Shown: positions 10,211 to 19,928, counted from the stretch's first letter. The stretch is DNA of 64,000 nucleotides from Candidatus Binataceae bacterium (GCA_963803045.1 CAWDLC010000015.1:10947-74946); one strand, 5' to 3'. Notes: a model not told the origin generated them from the letters alone. Numbers and translations are program-made.

Positions 10211-11284
10211 ATGGCTTTCGTGACTGGAATGATGCTGATCGAGGCTCCAGCGTCGGCGCTGAACAACGCTGGTGCCGAGGAAGGCGCACCCACCGACAAT
10301 ACAATAGCGGTCAAACGCATCAGAGGCCGCGCCGGAGGCGACTATCCGTACGTGTCGGCCCAAGCCGTTCGCTATTGGCTGAGAACCTATCTCGAGCGAT
10401 CAGTTCCGGACTGGAAGACGGCTCCCGTATTCCGCGAAGCGAAAATCGCATACACCGATGCGAATCCGTTGCGTTGGTGGGACGACGATCTGTTCGGCTA
10501 CATGCGCGCGCCATCTAAGCGCGCTGGTGCTCGCAGTGAGGAGGCGGGAAAGAATCAGACACCAGTGACCGGTGAGATCACGCGTATCTCGCCCCTCAGA
10601 ATGGGTACTCTCGTCTCAATCGGCCCGGTTCGAGTCGTTGACGATTTCGGCACAATGGCGCGGCACGACGGCGATCCAGTTCCGCACGAACATCAGTTCT
10701 ATCGAACTACACTTCAGGGCCTCATTTCCCTGGACCTGTCTACGGCGGGGACATTCTTCAACGGTGGGCGTGTTGGATATCGAAATCTCGATGAAGTCCG
10801 CGTCAAGCTAGCGGTAGAGCAAAAACTCTCGGAAGTCAGTGTCCACGGTCAGCCCGCGTTTCGGCTTCCGATCGTTGAGCGCGCCCGGCGCGTGGCCGCC
10901 CTAGTCAAGGCAATCGGCGAGCTCGAAGGTGGCGCTAAGCTTACCCTGCACTACACGGATGTGACGCCTGGCCTGCTGATTGGCGCCGTGCTCACGGCAG
11001 GGAATAACCCCTTTGCGAGAATCATTCGCCCCAACGCTCAAAGCGACCCAGAAATCGTTATCGATGCTCTCAAAGAGGTCCTGCGCGTGTACAAAGACCA
11101 AATTCTATCAGAGGTGTTTGTCGGGTGGGCAAAGGGATATCTCGACGATCAGCGCAAAAAGGTCGAAGAACTTTCTAAGGACGATTTATCCGGTGCGAAG
11201 CTTCGATGGGGGCATCCCCGCGAAATGATGGCGCAACTTGCCGCCGAGTTGTCGAAGGAAGGCAACCACTCCTGGTACGATTGA
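10211..11284 (+). CDS. cas7: Cas7 backbone subunit (Cst2/DevR-like)
   Basis: 357 aa; N-terminal PYVSAQAVRYWLRTYLE resembles the Cas7 I-A/I-B motif (Y.PYISGQSIRHALR). Confidence 0.8.
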   Translation: MAFVTGMMLIEAPASALNNAGAEEGAPTDNTIAVKRIRGRAGGDYPYVSAQAVRYWLRTYLERSVPDWKTAPVFREAKIAYTDANPLRWWDDDLFGYMRAPSKRAGARSEEAGKNQTPVTGEITRISPLRMGTLVSIGPVRVVDDFGTMARHDGDPVPHEHQFYRTTLQGLISLDLSTAGTFFNGGRVGYRNLDEVRVKLAVEQKLSEVSVHGQPAFRLPIVERARRVAALVKAIGELEGGAKLTLHYTDVTPGLLIGAVLTAGNNPFARIIRPNAQSDPEIVIDALKEVLRVYKDQILSEVFVGWAKGYLDDQRKKVEELSKDDLSGAKLRWGHPREMMAQLAAELSKEGNHSWYD

Positions 11285-11285
11285 A

Positions 11286-12035
11286 ATGGAGGTCCTTCGC
11301 GTAGAACTGGAAGTGCCGGTCTGCTCGTTCCGTTATCCGCATTTTCTGGTAGGCCGGCAGCTCACGTTTGATATGCCGCCGCCCGCGACAATTTATGGTC
11401 ATGTTGCGAGCGCGCTTGGAGACTTCCCCGATCCGCGCAGTTTTCGATTCGCATATACGTTCACGGCCACGGGCAAAGGAGAAGACCTCGAAAATCAGCA
11501 CATCATTGTGCCCGGTGGTAGCCGTCCATTTGCGGTCGGCGGCGCTGCCTACCCGTCGTCGACCAGCGCGACCGTGCAACCAACGCATCGCCAATTCCTA
11601 TTCGGCTGCCGCTTGACGCTTTATGTCGATCGACTCGATTTCGAAGAGGCATTTCGAAAACCTCGTTTCACAGTGGTCCTCGGCCGCTCACAAGACCTAG
11701 CAGCATATGGCAGGGTTGAAAGAGTCGAACTTCTCTCGGCGGAACTCGGATACTACGAGGATACGATTCTCCCTGCAGATTTCCGCCGCCGCACGGGCCG
11801 GGGCACCACCGTGCTGATGCCTCGGTACGTTGCCCCACCTCCTCAGCGAGAGACGGCCTTCGAACGCTATATCGTGCTTCGCGATCGCATTTTCGACGGT
11901 TCCAGCACCGCTAGTGACCTAGGCAGCCGTCAGATGCTTCGCTTCGAGGGAGAAAGCACAAAGCTTCTTGTCGATCCAGACTCCCCGCAATGGCGCGGCG
12001 CACACCGTGCGCTGGCATTTCATTCCTTCGCCTGA
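11286..12035 (+). CDS. cas5: Cas5
   Basis: MEVLRVELEVPVCSFRYPHFLVGRQLTFDMPPPATIYGHVASALG is the typical Cas5 N-terminus. ATG 11286 lies just after the cas7 stop. Confidence 0.8.
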   Translation: MEVLRVELEVPVCSFRYPHFLVGRQLTFDMPPPATIYGHVASALGDFPDPRSFRFAYTFTATGKGEDLENQHIIVPGGSRPFAVGGAAYPSSTSATVQPTHRQFLFGCRLTLYVDRLDFEEAFRKPRFTVVLGRSQDLAAYGRVERVELLSAELGYYEDTILPADFRRRTGRGTTVLMPRYVAPPPQRETAFERYIVLRDRIFDGSSTASDLGSRQMLRFEGESTKLLVDPDSPQWRGAHRALAFHSFA

Positions 12036-12042
12036 ACAGCTG

Positions 12043-14358
12043 ATGCTATCCACGGAGTCACGCAGGGTGCTCGCCAACATATGGGCGAAGAGTCCTAATC
12101 CGAATGAATCGACCGGCGAAACACTCTTGGTGCACACAGCCTCAGTCTTGTCCAGATTGGAAAGGTTATTCGATGTTCTGCCAGGACTCGCGGCCCGCGT
12201 TGGTGATATCCGCCTCTGGCATCGCGCAGCTCTTGCTTGTGTTCTGCACGACCTCGGGAAAGCAGCAGCAGGATTTCAGCGCGTGCTCAGAGAGAACGGC
12301 ACACGATGGAGCCATCGTCACGAAGTTCTTTCCCTCGCATTCCTCGATTGGGCGCTCCACAGGGACTTCGACGGTGATCTTCCTTGGGTAGCGGCAGGGA
12401 TCGTTTCGCATCACAAGGACATTGCGACCATCGACTGTCTCTATCCGCAAGCAGAAGAGCCGAAGAATGATCCCTTCGATCCGGTAACCAAGCTTGTTGC
12501 TGAAATACCTGATGGTGTTGCCGCAGCTCTTGCCGAATTCATCTGTTCCGAGATTCTGGACTGGTTGTCAAGGACACGTTTGCCTATTTTCGGAATCTCA
12601 CCGGCGATTCCGTCTGATCCCGCAGCGGATTTTCGCGCGAACGCAGTGATGCGCACCTACTCTGCCTTAGCTCGTTATCACAGTCTCTTCGATTCCCTTG
12701 AACGAGAACCATCCGAGTCAGCATCGAACCTTTCCGCGCTAGCACTCAGGGGCATCGTACTCCTCGCCGATCACACGGCCTCAGCCCACGTCACGCCGCC
12801 GCGCTTACCAGGCCATGACATAGCTAGGATTCTCGAACGGCTTAACCTACGTGCCGAAAGCCTGCACGGTCATCAGAAGACCGCGGCAACAGTACAGGGC
12901 AACACGGTGCTGGCCGCACCGACAGGCAGTGGCAAGACTGAGGCAGCGCTGCTCTGGTCAGCCAACCAGCGCGGCAATTCCCCGGCCGGCCGACTATTTT
13001 ACGTTCTCCCCTATCAAGCAAGCATCAACGCGATGTACGACAGGCTCACAAGGGTCTTTCCGCAACTGGTTACCCTCCAGCACTCACGCGCCGCGCAGGC
13101 TCTTTACCGTCGTCTTCTCGAAACCGACCGCTATGACCCATTAGCTGCCGCGAAGACTGCTCGCTTCCAACGTTCTCTCGCTCATCTGCACTTTCATCCG
13201 GTCCGTGTCCTTACTCCTTATCAATTGCTACGGAGCGCGTTTCGGCTCCGCGGATATGAGTCGATCATCGCCGACGCGACCAACGGGCTCTTTGTCTTTG
13301 ACGAAATCCACGCATACGAACCTGCCCGTCTAGGGATGATCCTCGGAATGTCAGAATACCTCTCGCGCCAGCTGGGTGGGCGCTTCATCGTAATGTCGGC
13401 CACCTTCCCAAGTGTCTTGCGAAGGGTCCTGAACGACTCCCTCGCCGCACCTCATCACATTTTCGCCGACGCAGCCTTGTATCAGAGCTTCGCCCGACAT
13501 CGCCTCGAGTTCGTTACCGGACGGATCGATGACGCTTCAATACTGGACAGAGTGTTTGGGCTCGCTCTTTCTGGCCAATCCGTGCTGGTGGTATGCAACA
13601 CCGTTTCCCGTTGTAAGCGCGTGCATCGCTTGCTTACCCCTTTGCTCGCGCAGCATGGCATCCAACCCGAAATCCTCCACAGCCGGTTCAATTCGCGTGA
13701 TCGACATCACAAAGAACGCATATTGGCCTCGCGGATGGGCACCAAAGAACGCCGGACTGCAGTGCCTCCGGTCGTGCTGGTTGCCACGCAAGTTGTCGAG
13801 GTCAGCCTGGATATTGACTTCGATACGATATTCACCGAGCCAGCCCCTCTCGAGGCGCTGATTCAGCGCTTCGGCAGGGTCAATCGCGCACGCAAAAAGC
13901 CGCCTTGTCCAGTATGTGTTCTCACGTCTCCGGCCTCTGGCCAGGGCGTCTACCGGGACTCGTTCGTCACCGCCGCGATTGATGTCCTCCTCCCTTGCAA
14001 CGGTACTGTGCTCGACGAATCGAAGCTGGGCGAATTGCTCGACCGGGTTTACTCGGGGGAAATCGAGCGCAACTGGATCGCCGAAGTGCAATATGGACGG
14101 GACGAGTTCATTGCGTCGTGCCTAAGCGACTTGCGCGCTTTCCAGTCAAAGCCCGAACTCGCCGAACAGTTCGATCGTCTGTTTGACGGCACTGAGGTCC
14201 TTCCCGAGAGCTTCGTCAATGAGTATGACCAACTAATGGAACGAGAACCGCTTAGGGCTTCCGAGCTTTTCGTACCGATCCCATTCCATCAGCTTGCTCG
14301 CCTTAGACGTGAAGGAAAAATCGATAAGCATCCCGATCGAGCAAGCGTTGATTGCTAA
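12043..14358 (+). CDS. cas3: Cas3 fused HD nuclease + SF2 helicase
   Basis: HD motifs LHDLGK…HHKD; helicase motifs VLAAPTGSGKTEAALLW (Walker A), FVFDEIHAYE (DExH), VMSATFP (motif III). Confidence 0.9.
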   Translation: MLSTESRRVLANIWAKSPNPNESTGETLLVHTASVLSRLERLFDVLPGLAARVGDIRLWHRAALACVLHDLGKAAAGFQRVLRENGTRWSHRHEVLSLAFLDWALHRDFDGDLPWVAAGIVSHHKDIATIDCLYPQAEEPKNDPFDPVTKLVAEIPDGVAAALAEFICSEILDWLSRTRLPIFGISPAIPSDPAADFRANAVMRTYSALARYHSLFDSLEREPSESASNLSALALRGIVLLADHTASAHVTPPRLPGHDIARILERLNLRAESLHGHQKTAATVQGNTVLAAPTGSGKTEAALLWSANQRGNSPAGRLFYVLPYQASINAMYDRLTRVFPQLVTLQHSRAAQALYRRLLETDRYDPLAAAKTARFQRSLAHLHFHPVRVLTPYQLLRSAFRLRGYESIIADATNGLFVFDEIHAYEPARLGMILGMSEYLSRQLGGRFIVMSATFPSVLRRVLNDSLAAPHHIFADAALYQSFARHRLEFVTGRIDDASILDRVFGLALSGQSVLVVCNTVSRCKRVHRLLTPLLAQHGIQPEILHSRFNSRDRHHKERILASRMGTKERRTAVPPVVLVATQVVEVSLDIDFDTIFTEPAPLEALIQRFGRVNRARKKPPCPVCVLTSPASGQGVYRDSFVTAAIDVLLPCNGTVLDESKLGELLDRVYSGEIERNWIAEVQYGRDEFIASCLSDLRAFQSKPELAEQFDRLFDGTEVLPESFVNEYDQLMEREPLRASELFVPIPFHQLARLRREGKIDKHPDRASVDC

Positions 14359-14429
14359 GGTGCCATACACTGATGAGGGGCTTGTGACAGAAGCGTCGGG
14401 CTACGATTAATTGTATTTGGGGAACCACC

Positions 14430-15608
14430 ATGAACTCTGTCATCATCTCAGATTATGGCGTGATGCTTGCCAAGAAGGGCGAGCGCCTCGTCATCCGCGG
14501 ACCCCGACCGCGACTTGAGCTGATCGAGGGCGGCCCGCAACTGTTTTTGCCCATCGGCATCAACGCCAAACGCCCTACCCTCACCGTTCTCACATCTGAA
14601 GGTCCCAAGACGCCGCCGCCTCCGCTGCGTCGTTCGGTTCCCGATGGTAACGGGGCCAAACCGCCCAAGAAATCGCCCGACGAGGTCGAACTGCCGCTGT
14701 TCCGGGTCGGCGAAATCGTGATCGGCTCGCCTGGTGTCTCCCTCTCCGCCGATTTGGTCGAAGCATGTTGCGAGCGTGGGATTCGCCTCTCGTTCCTCAC
14801 GCGATCCGGCAAACCCTACGCGATGCTCTCCTCGCCCATGCTGACCGCGACTGTGATGACACGGCGCGAACAGTTGGCTGCTTACAACGATTCGCGCGGC
14901 GTTGAGCTCGCCAAGTCAATCGTTCGCGGCAAGCTCGGCAACCAGGCCTCGCTCCTCAAATACTTCGGTAAGTACCTCAAGGAATCGAATCCTCCTGTCT
15001 ATGACGAGTTGAGTACGCTCGCGAAGTCGCTCGGCAAAGGCCGTGCGGACGCCAAGCGGATCAACGAACCGAATATTGACGCTGCGCGCGAAGCGTTGCT
15101 CTCGGTCGAAGGACTCGCCGGCCGCACGTATTGGAAGGGCGTTCGCCTGCTAGTGCCGGAGAATCTCGGCTTCGGGTCGAGAGAGCATCGCGGCGCCCCC
15201 GATCCAGTAAACTCCGCGCTCAACTACGGCTATGGAATTCTGTACACGCAGGTCTGGGGCGCGATCATGAACGCGGGTCTAGAGCCGTTCGCAGGATTCC
15301 TGCATGTCGATCGGCCCGGTAAGCCTTCGCTGGTGCTCGACATGGTCGAGGAATTTCGCCAGCCGGTTGTCGATCGGGCCGTGATCGCCTTGATCGGGCG
15401 TGGCACCGCAATTGAGACGCATGAAGGAATGCTCACGGATGACACCCGCCGTAATGTTGCGTCGGCCGTGCTGGAGCGAATCGAGAGCGACGTAAACTTC
15501 CGCGGACGGCGTTATAAGCTCAAGTCGGTCATCCAGATCCAGGCGCGCAATCTGGCGTCGTTCCTGCGCGAAGGCGGTAGCTATCGCACCTTCTCATTCA
15601 AATGGTGA
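14430..15608 (+). CDS. cas1: Cas1 integrase with ~45-aa Pro/Lys-rich insertion near the N-terminus
   Basis: 392 aa (typical 320-340). Conserved Cas1 core (…EACCERGIRLSFLTRSGKPY…, …NSALNYGYGILYTQVW…, …FLHVDRPGKPSLVLDMVEEFR). Extra segment PIGINAKRPTLTVLTSEGPKTPPPPLRRSVPDGNGAKPPKKSPDEVE encoded about 14550-14700. Confidence 0.9.
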   Translation: MNSVIISDYGVMLAKKGERLVIRGPRPRLELIEGGPQLFLPIGINAKRPTLTVLTSEGPKTPPPPLRRSVPDGNGAKPPKKSPDEVELPLFRVGEIVIGSPGVSLSADLVEACCERGIRLSFLTRSGKPYAMLSSPMLTATVMTRREQLAAYNDSRGVELAKSIVRGKLGNQASLLKYFGKYLKESNPPVYDELSTLAKSLGKGRADAKRINEPNIDAAREALLSVEGLAGRTYWKGVRLLVPENLGFGSREHRGAPDPVNSALNYGYGILYTQVWGAIMNAGLEPFAGFLHVDRPGKPSLVLDMVEEFRQPVVDRAVIALIGRGTAIETHEGMLTDDTRRNVASAVLERIESDVNFRGRRYKLKSVIQIQARNLASFLREGGSYRTFSFKW

Positions 15609-15611
15609 CTC

Positions 15612-15884
15612 ATGCGCGGCCAAGATCTGCTCACGTTCATCGTCTATGACATCACCGATGACAAGATCCGGCTCAAAATCGCCGACGTGTGCAAGGATTA
15701 CGGCCTCGATCATATCCAGTACAGCGTGTTCAGCGGTCCGCTCGATTCAACTCGGCGTAATGAGATGTTCGCACGGCTCGACCATACGCTCGGAAACAAC
15801 GAGGGCAAGGTATTGATGCTGCAAATCTGCGAGAAAGACGTTGCGGCCAAGCGCGAAATCGTCCGAATCATTGATTTGGAATGA
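15612..15884 (+). CDS. cas2: Cas2
   Basis: 90 aa, MRGQDLLTFIVYDITDDKIRLKIADVCKDYGL…; directly follows cas1. Confidence 0.8.
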   Translation: MRGQDLLTFIVYDITDDKIRLKIADVCKDYGLDHIQYSVFSGPLDSTRRNEMFARLDHTLGNNEGKVLMLQICEKDVAAKREIVRIIDLE

Positions 15885-16484
15885 ACATCGACCATCATAG
15901 TGCACGGCAGTTTGAGCTGACGGTTACCGACCTGAAGCAATGGGCTTACTGCCCGCGCATCCCGTACTACCATCATGTGATGCCGGTAGAGATCGCGCGT
16001 ACCTACAAGATGGAACGCGGCAGAGCTGTCGAGGCCGCAGTCCAGGCGATGGAGAAGCGCCGGGGCTTTCGGCGTTACGGCCTCGACAGCGGAGAGCGCC
16101 GATTTGGCGTCTGGCTAAGCTCGGCTGCGCTCGGACTCTCGGGCAAGCTCGACCTGCTCATCGTTACTGAGGACGCGTGCTATCCAGTCGACTTCAAAGA
16201 CACCGAGGGCGGTGTCCGCTACAACCATCGCATCCAGCTCGCCGCCTACGCTGTGCTCGTCGAGGAGAACTTCGCTCGCCCGGTGCCAATCGCTTTCGTT
16301 TACCTCGTACCGTCTCGGCAGCTTGTCACGGTGCCGGTCGGCGTGAAGGAAAGGGAAGAAGTGACGCGCGCAGTAGTGGAGATGCGCCGGGTCATCGAGC
16401 GGGAAAACATGCCCGGCCCAACGCCGGTCCGAGCGCGATGACGTTGCGTGCGAATTCCGCAACTACTGTGCGGACATTTGGTGA
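15881..16484 (+). CDS. cas4: Cas4 (RecB-like nuclease), frameshifted near 16430 so the C-terminal Cys motif lies in another frame
   Basis: ATGA overlap with cas2. N-terminal Cys (WAYCPRIPYY), RecB motifs (…DLLIVTEDACYPVDFKDTE…, QLAAYAVL). Main frame stops at 16441; the +1 frame 16437-16484 encodes DDVACEFRNYCADIW*, the expected C-x5-C Fe-S ligand cluster. Confidence 0.75.
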
Positions 16485-16585
16485 TCTTCGCAAAAGGAGG
16501 CCAATTTGATGCAAACTTGGGTGTTGCGAAAAATTCCACTGGCATTCGCCGCCAAAAGCCGCGATTTTTCGAGACTATTGCAGCG

Positions 16586-17515
16586 GCTTCAAACCGATCC
16601 CCGATGAGGAGGGGACTGAAATTTTTCAGGCACCGGGCACGCTCGCTTTGATGGCGTCGAGCTTCAAACCGATCCCCGATGAGGAGGGGACTGAAATCCT
16701 GGGCCGCTCGGATGACCGAGATCGCGCGGGCGCGGCTTCAAACCGATCCCCGATGAGGAGGGGACTGAAATTGTTTTTCGGAGGGTCCGGGATTCGACGG
16801 CGCTAAAGCTTCAAACCGATCCCCGATGAGGAGGGGACTGAAATCTCCTAATCAGCGCAGAGCGGCGCGGCAGCGTCGCCCGCTTCAAACCGATCCCCGA
16901 TGAGGAGGGGACTGAAATTCAACTCGGCGATCTGCTCAAGAGTCCGCCCGCCCGTTGCGCTTCAAACCGATCCCCGATGAGGAGGGGACTGAAATCTGGC
17001 GCGCTCTTGACGGCCTGGACCGGGTTCGTGGCGAGCTTCAAACCGATCCCCGATGAGGAGGGGACTGAAATAACGCGCCGCCGCAGCTGTCGAGGTAAGA
17101 ACCAATGGCTTCAAACCGATCCCCGATGAGGAGGGGACTGAAATGTGGATGCCTCATCGGCTCATGTATGCACATTATGGCTTCAAACCGATCCCCGATG
17201 AGGAGGGGACTGAAATGGAAAGAACCCCGGTGGCCCCCACCACAATCGCCAGTGCTTCAAACCGATCCCCGATGAGGAGGGGACTGAAATGTGTGGATCT
17301 CTCATCTGGAGCGTGACCAGAAGAAGCAAGCTTCAAACCGATCCCCGATGAGGAGGGGACTGAAATTGGCTGTCGCGGTCGGAGTTGGCGACGTTGCCTC
17401 ATACGCTTCAAACCGATCCCCGATGAGGAGGGGACTGAAATAATAATAAACAGGTTGAACAACCCCAAGACTTACAATGCTTCAAACCGATCCCCGATGA
17501 GGAGGGGACTGAAAT
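16586..17515 (+). CRISPR. CRISPR array, 13 repeats of 37 bp, 12 spacers of 35-40 bp
   Basis: Repeat GCTTCAAACCGATCCCCGATGAGGAGGGGACTGAAAT at 16586, 16661, 16735, 16808, 16882, 16959, 17035, 17108, 17180, 17254, 17330, 17405, 17479, all identical. Internal CCCC-GATGAGGA-GGGG hairpin; 3-prime end CUGAAAU resembles a Cas6-type 8-nt handle. About 100-bp leader after cas4. Confidence 0.95.
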
Positions 17516-17567
17516 GATGCTCGCCGAAGCGGCGAGGTCACTAAAAAAGGGCATTTCGTTACATGAG

Positions 17568-19214
17568 TTAGCGATGACGTTCGCAAGCCGCTTTGGCTGC
17601 GGCATCTCCAACGGGGATAGGGGTCAGCTTCTCCTGACGTTGAAAATTTCCAGTTGCCTGAACGTCGTCAGAGCGCTCGTCGAAACCTTCAAATGAGTCG
17701 CGAACGATGGTTTCAAGCATACCGACCTCGCGGTCGCTGAGCTTCTTGTATTCGTTGGCGCGCCGTTTCTTCGGCAGCGTCCCATTGTTTTGCCGTATAA
17801 ACATAACGAGATTTTCCGCAAGCCGGTCCGGCATCTCGACGGCTTCCATTACGCGGCTGAGCGCCTCGTCGTGACAGCGTAGATAATCAATCTCTCGCGG
17901 CAGGTCTTGCTGGACGGTCCGCAAAACGCAGGCATAGAGAAACTCAGCGTTGTCCGTGCAGTCGAAGTAGCGGTATAGATCGCCGGTCTCGTTCAAAACC
18001 TCTACATTGCGGTCGGGAGTTGGACGCCAGTCAATGAAGGCCATGAGCGGGCTCGAATGAGTCTGTAGGGTTGTACGGTAATCATCGATCCGATCGAGCA
18101 TTACGGATGAGACCGGAAAAATCATTCCCGGCGGGGTGAATTTCCGCTCGGCAAGAACATGATGGATGAGGCAGCGGTGAAGTCGTCCATTTCCGTCCTC
18201 GAACGGATGAATGTAGACAAATCCGAAGGCGGTGGCCGCCGCTTGCAGCACGGGATCCAGACCGGCATCGCGCATGCGGTCGTTTGCTTGCAGCATATTG
18301 GCGATTAAATCGTTGAGGTCCTCGGGCCGGGCTCCGATGAATTCTGGTAATGGGCCACCTTGCTGATCCCGCTCGCCTAGGAACACGCCATCGGAGCGCA
18401 CACCGGCGCGCACAAACCGCGTGTCTTCGATCAGAATGGCCTGAAGGCGGATGATTTCTTCAAAAGTCAGCTTGTTCTTGCCAGCCTGAAGAACAGCGCG
18501 GCCCCACCGCTCCAGCCGGTTGCGCGGTGGCCGCACGCCCTCGATTTCGAAGCTCGCACGGCTATCGGCCAAGAGCATGAAACTCGCCGCGCGCGCGACG
18601 AGATGCGCGCCGGTGCGGCCGATGGTCTGAGCTGCTTCTTTAGCGATGTCGCGGGCAACAAAAGCCTCCAAGGCCTTCGTCCGGCGGATCACTGGGCAAA
18701 AGCGTCCCGTCCCGAGCAGGTTGTCGCGAACCCGGTGCCGCTTGGACAGGCGCGGATTGCCGGTGAAATAGGTTTTCTGGTCGAGAACGTCGATCGCAGC
18801 GACCTCCGGCGCATCGGACACCTTTAGTGTTCGGTCCGTGAGGGTTTCGTATAGAAACCAAGCGCGCCGCGTGGTGGTGCCTGATGGTGCGGCACGGACG
18901 AAGGCCTCCATTGTGTTGGGGCTGACCGCTTCGAAGACGCGCTTCAATATCAATGGCTCAAAGTCTTCGTGCCGGAGAGCGAACGGCAGGTGATCGGCAA
19001 ACGTGTCTCCGGGCCAATATCGCCTGTCGAATACGGTCCAGGCACCTTCTTTCCGATGACTGCCGCGTATATGCTTCTCAGAGACACAGGATGGCCGCCT
19101 GATGGGTGCTTGGACCGAAAGTGCGTGTGCAAGGGCAGCCAAGCCGGCGAGCTTCGTGCCGCTCGGCACAATTTTTTCCTGAAAGGTTGCGACTTGGTCT
19201 GTTTTAAGGTTCAT
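17568..19214 (-). CDS. Fic family protein (Fic/DOC domain)
   Basis: 548 aa with the canonical Fic motif HPFEDGNGRLHR; stop 52 bp from the last CRISPR repeat. Confidence 0.85.
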   Translation of the reverse strand: MNLKTDQVATFQEKIVPSGTKLAGLAALAHALSVQAPIRRPSCVSEKHIRGSHRKEGAWTVFDRRYWPGDTFADHLPFALRHEDFEPLILKRVFEAVSPNTMEAFVRAAPSGTTTRRAWFLYETLTDRTLKVSDAPEVAAIDVLDQKTYFTGNPRLSKRHRVRDNLLGTGRFCPVIRRTKALEAFVARDIAKEAAQTIGRTGAHLVARAASFMLLADSRASFEIEGVRPPRNRLERWGRAVLQAGKNKLTFEEIIRLQAILIEDTRFVRAGVRSDGVFLGERDQQGGPLPEFIGARPEDLNDLIANMLQANDRMRDAGLDPVLQAAATAFGFVYIHPFEDGNGRLHRCLIHHVLAERKFTPPGMIFPVSSVMLDRIDDYRTTLQTHSSPLMAFIDWRPTPDRNVEVLNETGDLYRYFDCTDNAEFLYACVLRTVQQDLPREIDYLRCHDEALSRVMEAVEMPDRLAENLVMFIRQNNGTLPKKRRANEYKKLSDREVGMLETIVRDSFEGFDERSDDVQATGNFQRQEKLTPIPVGDAAAKAACERHR

Positions 19215-19216
19215 CT

Positions 19217-19350
19217 GTCGAAAACTCTTTAGCTCGGTCGAAAAGCGTTTGGTTTTTCCGTGATATGTCGAAATTCAATATACAACACTATTTGGTCGAA
19301 ATCCAGTCATCTTGGTCGAAATATCGTGCGGCGCGCGACTTTCGGTCGAA
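19217..19350. promoter_or_regulatory. six direct copies of (G)GTCGAAA in the AT-rich region immediately upstream of the fic start
   Basis: TGTCGAAAA 19217, GGTCGAAAA 19247, TGTCGAAAT 19267, GGTCGAAAT 19293, GGTCGAAAT 19313, GGTCGAAAA 19343; spacings 30/20/26/20/30 bp. Confidence 0.45.
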
Positions 19351-19928
19351 AAATGCTCTAATCCTAGGCGAAGAGGTCGGGTCAGAATCCTGGCGGAGCT
19401 AGCTGAGCTTGCACGTCCGGGGCGTTAATCCGATCACACTCAAATTCGCCGACACCATCTAGGCATCGCGGCAGGCGTCCACTATCTCTCAGATCGGGAT
19501 CACGAAACTTGAAACTATGCTGGCTAGCGAGCCGTCCGCGCGAATATTACGCTGTCACGGCATGAAACAGACTGACGATTCTGAGCGTATTGAACCGCGG
19601 GCGTCATCACTCATTCCTTCTCTGCGATCCGTCGGTTACAGCCTAGGCCTGATAGTCGCTTAGCGCGTGTGTTCCATGATCTGTATGGTGCCGGCGGGAT
19701 TGTCGGTATTGATATGAGCTGCGTAGGTTCTTGCGCCGTGAATGAACAGGTCCGGGACGGGCGCTGCCGGTTTCTCGCGGCGGCGGGCGGAACCCTCTGC
19801 CCTCGGTACGGACACCCGTTGTCATCCATGCGCCGTATAAGAAAGTCTCGAACTTCAGTACGAGGGGAACCGGTGCGAACGGCGCCTTCCGCGCCGTCGG
19901 GAGCCTTTCATGAAAATGATGCTTTCAC

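Noticed and set aside
17175-17611. ORFs encoding repeated VPSSSGIGLK peptides
   Set aside because: They run through the CRISPR array; the periodicity comes from translating the 37-bp repeat.
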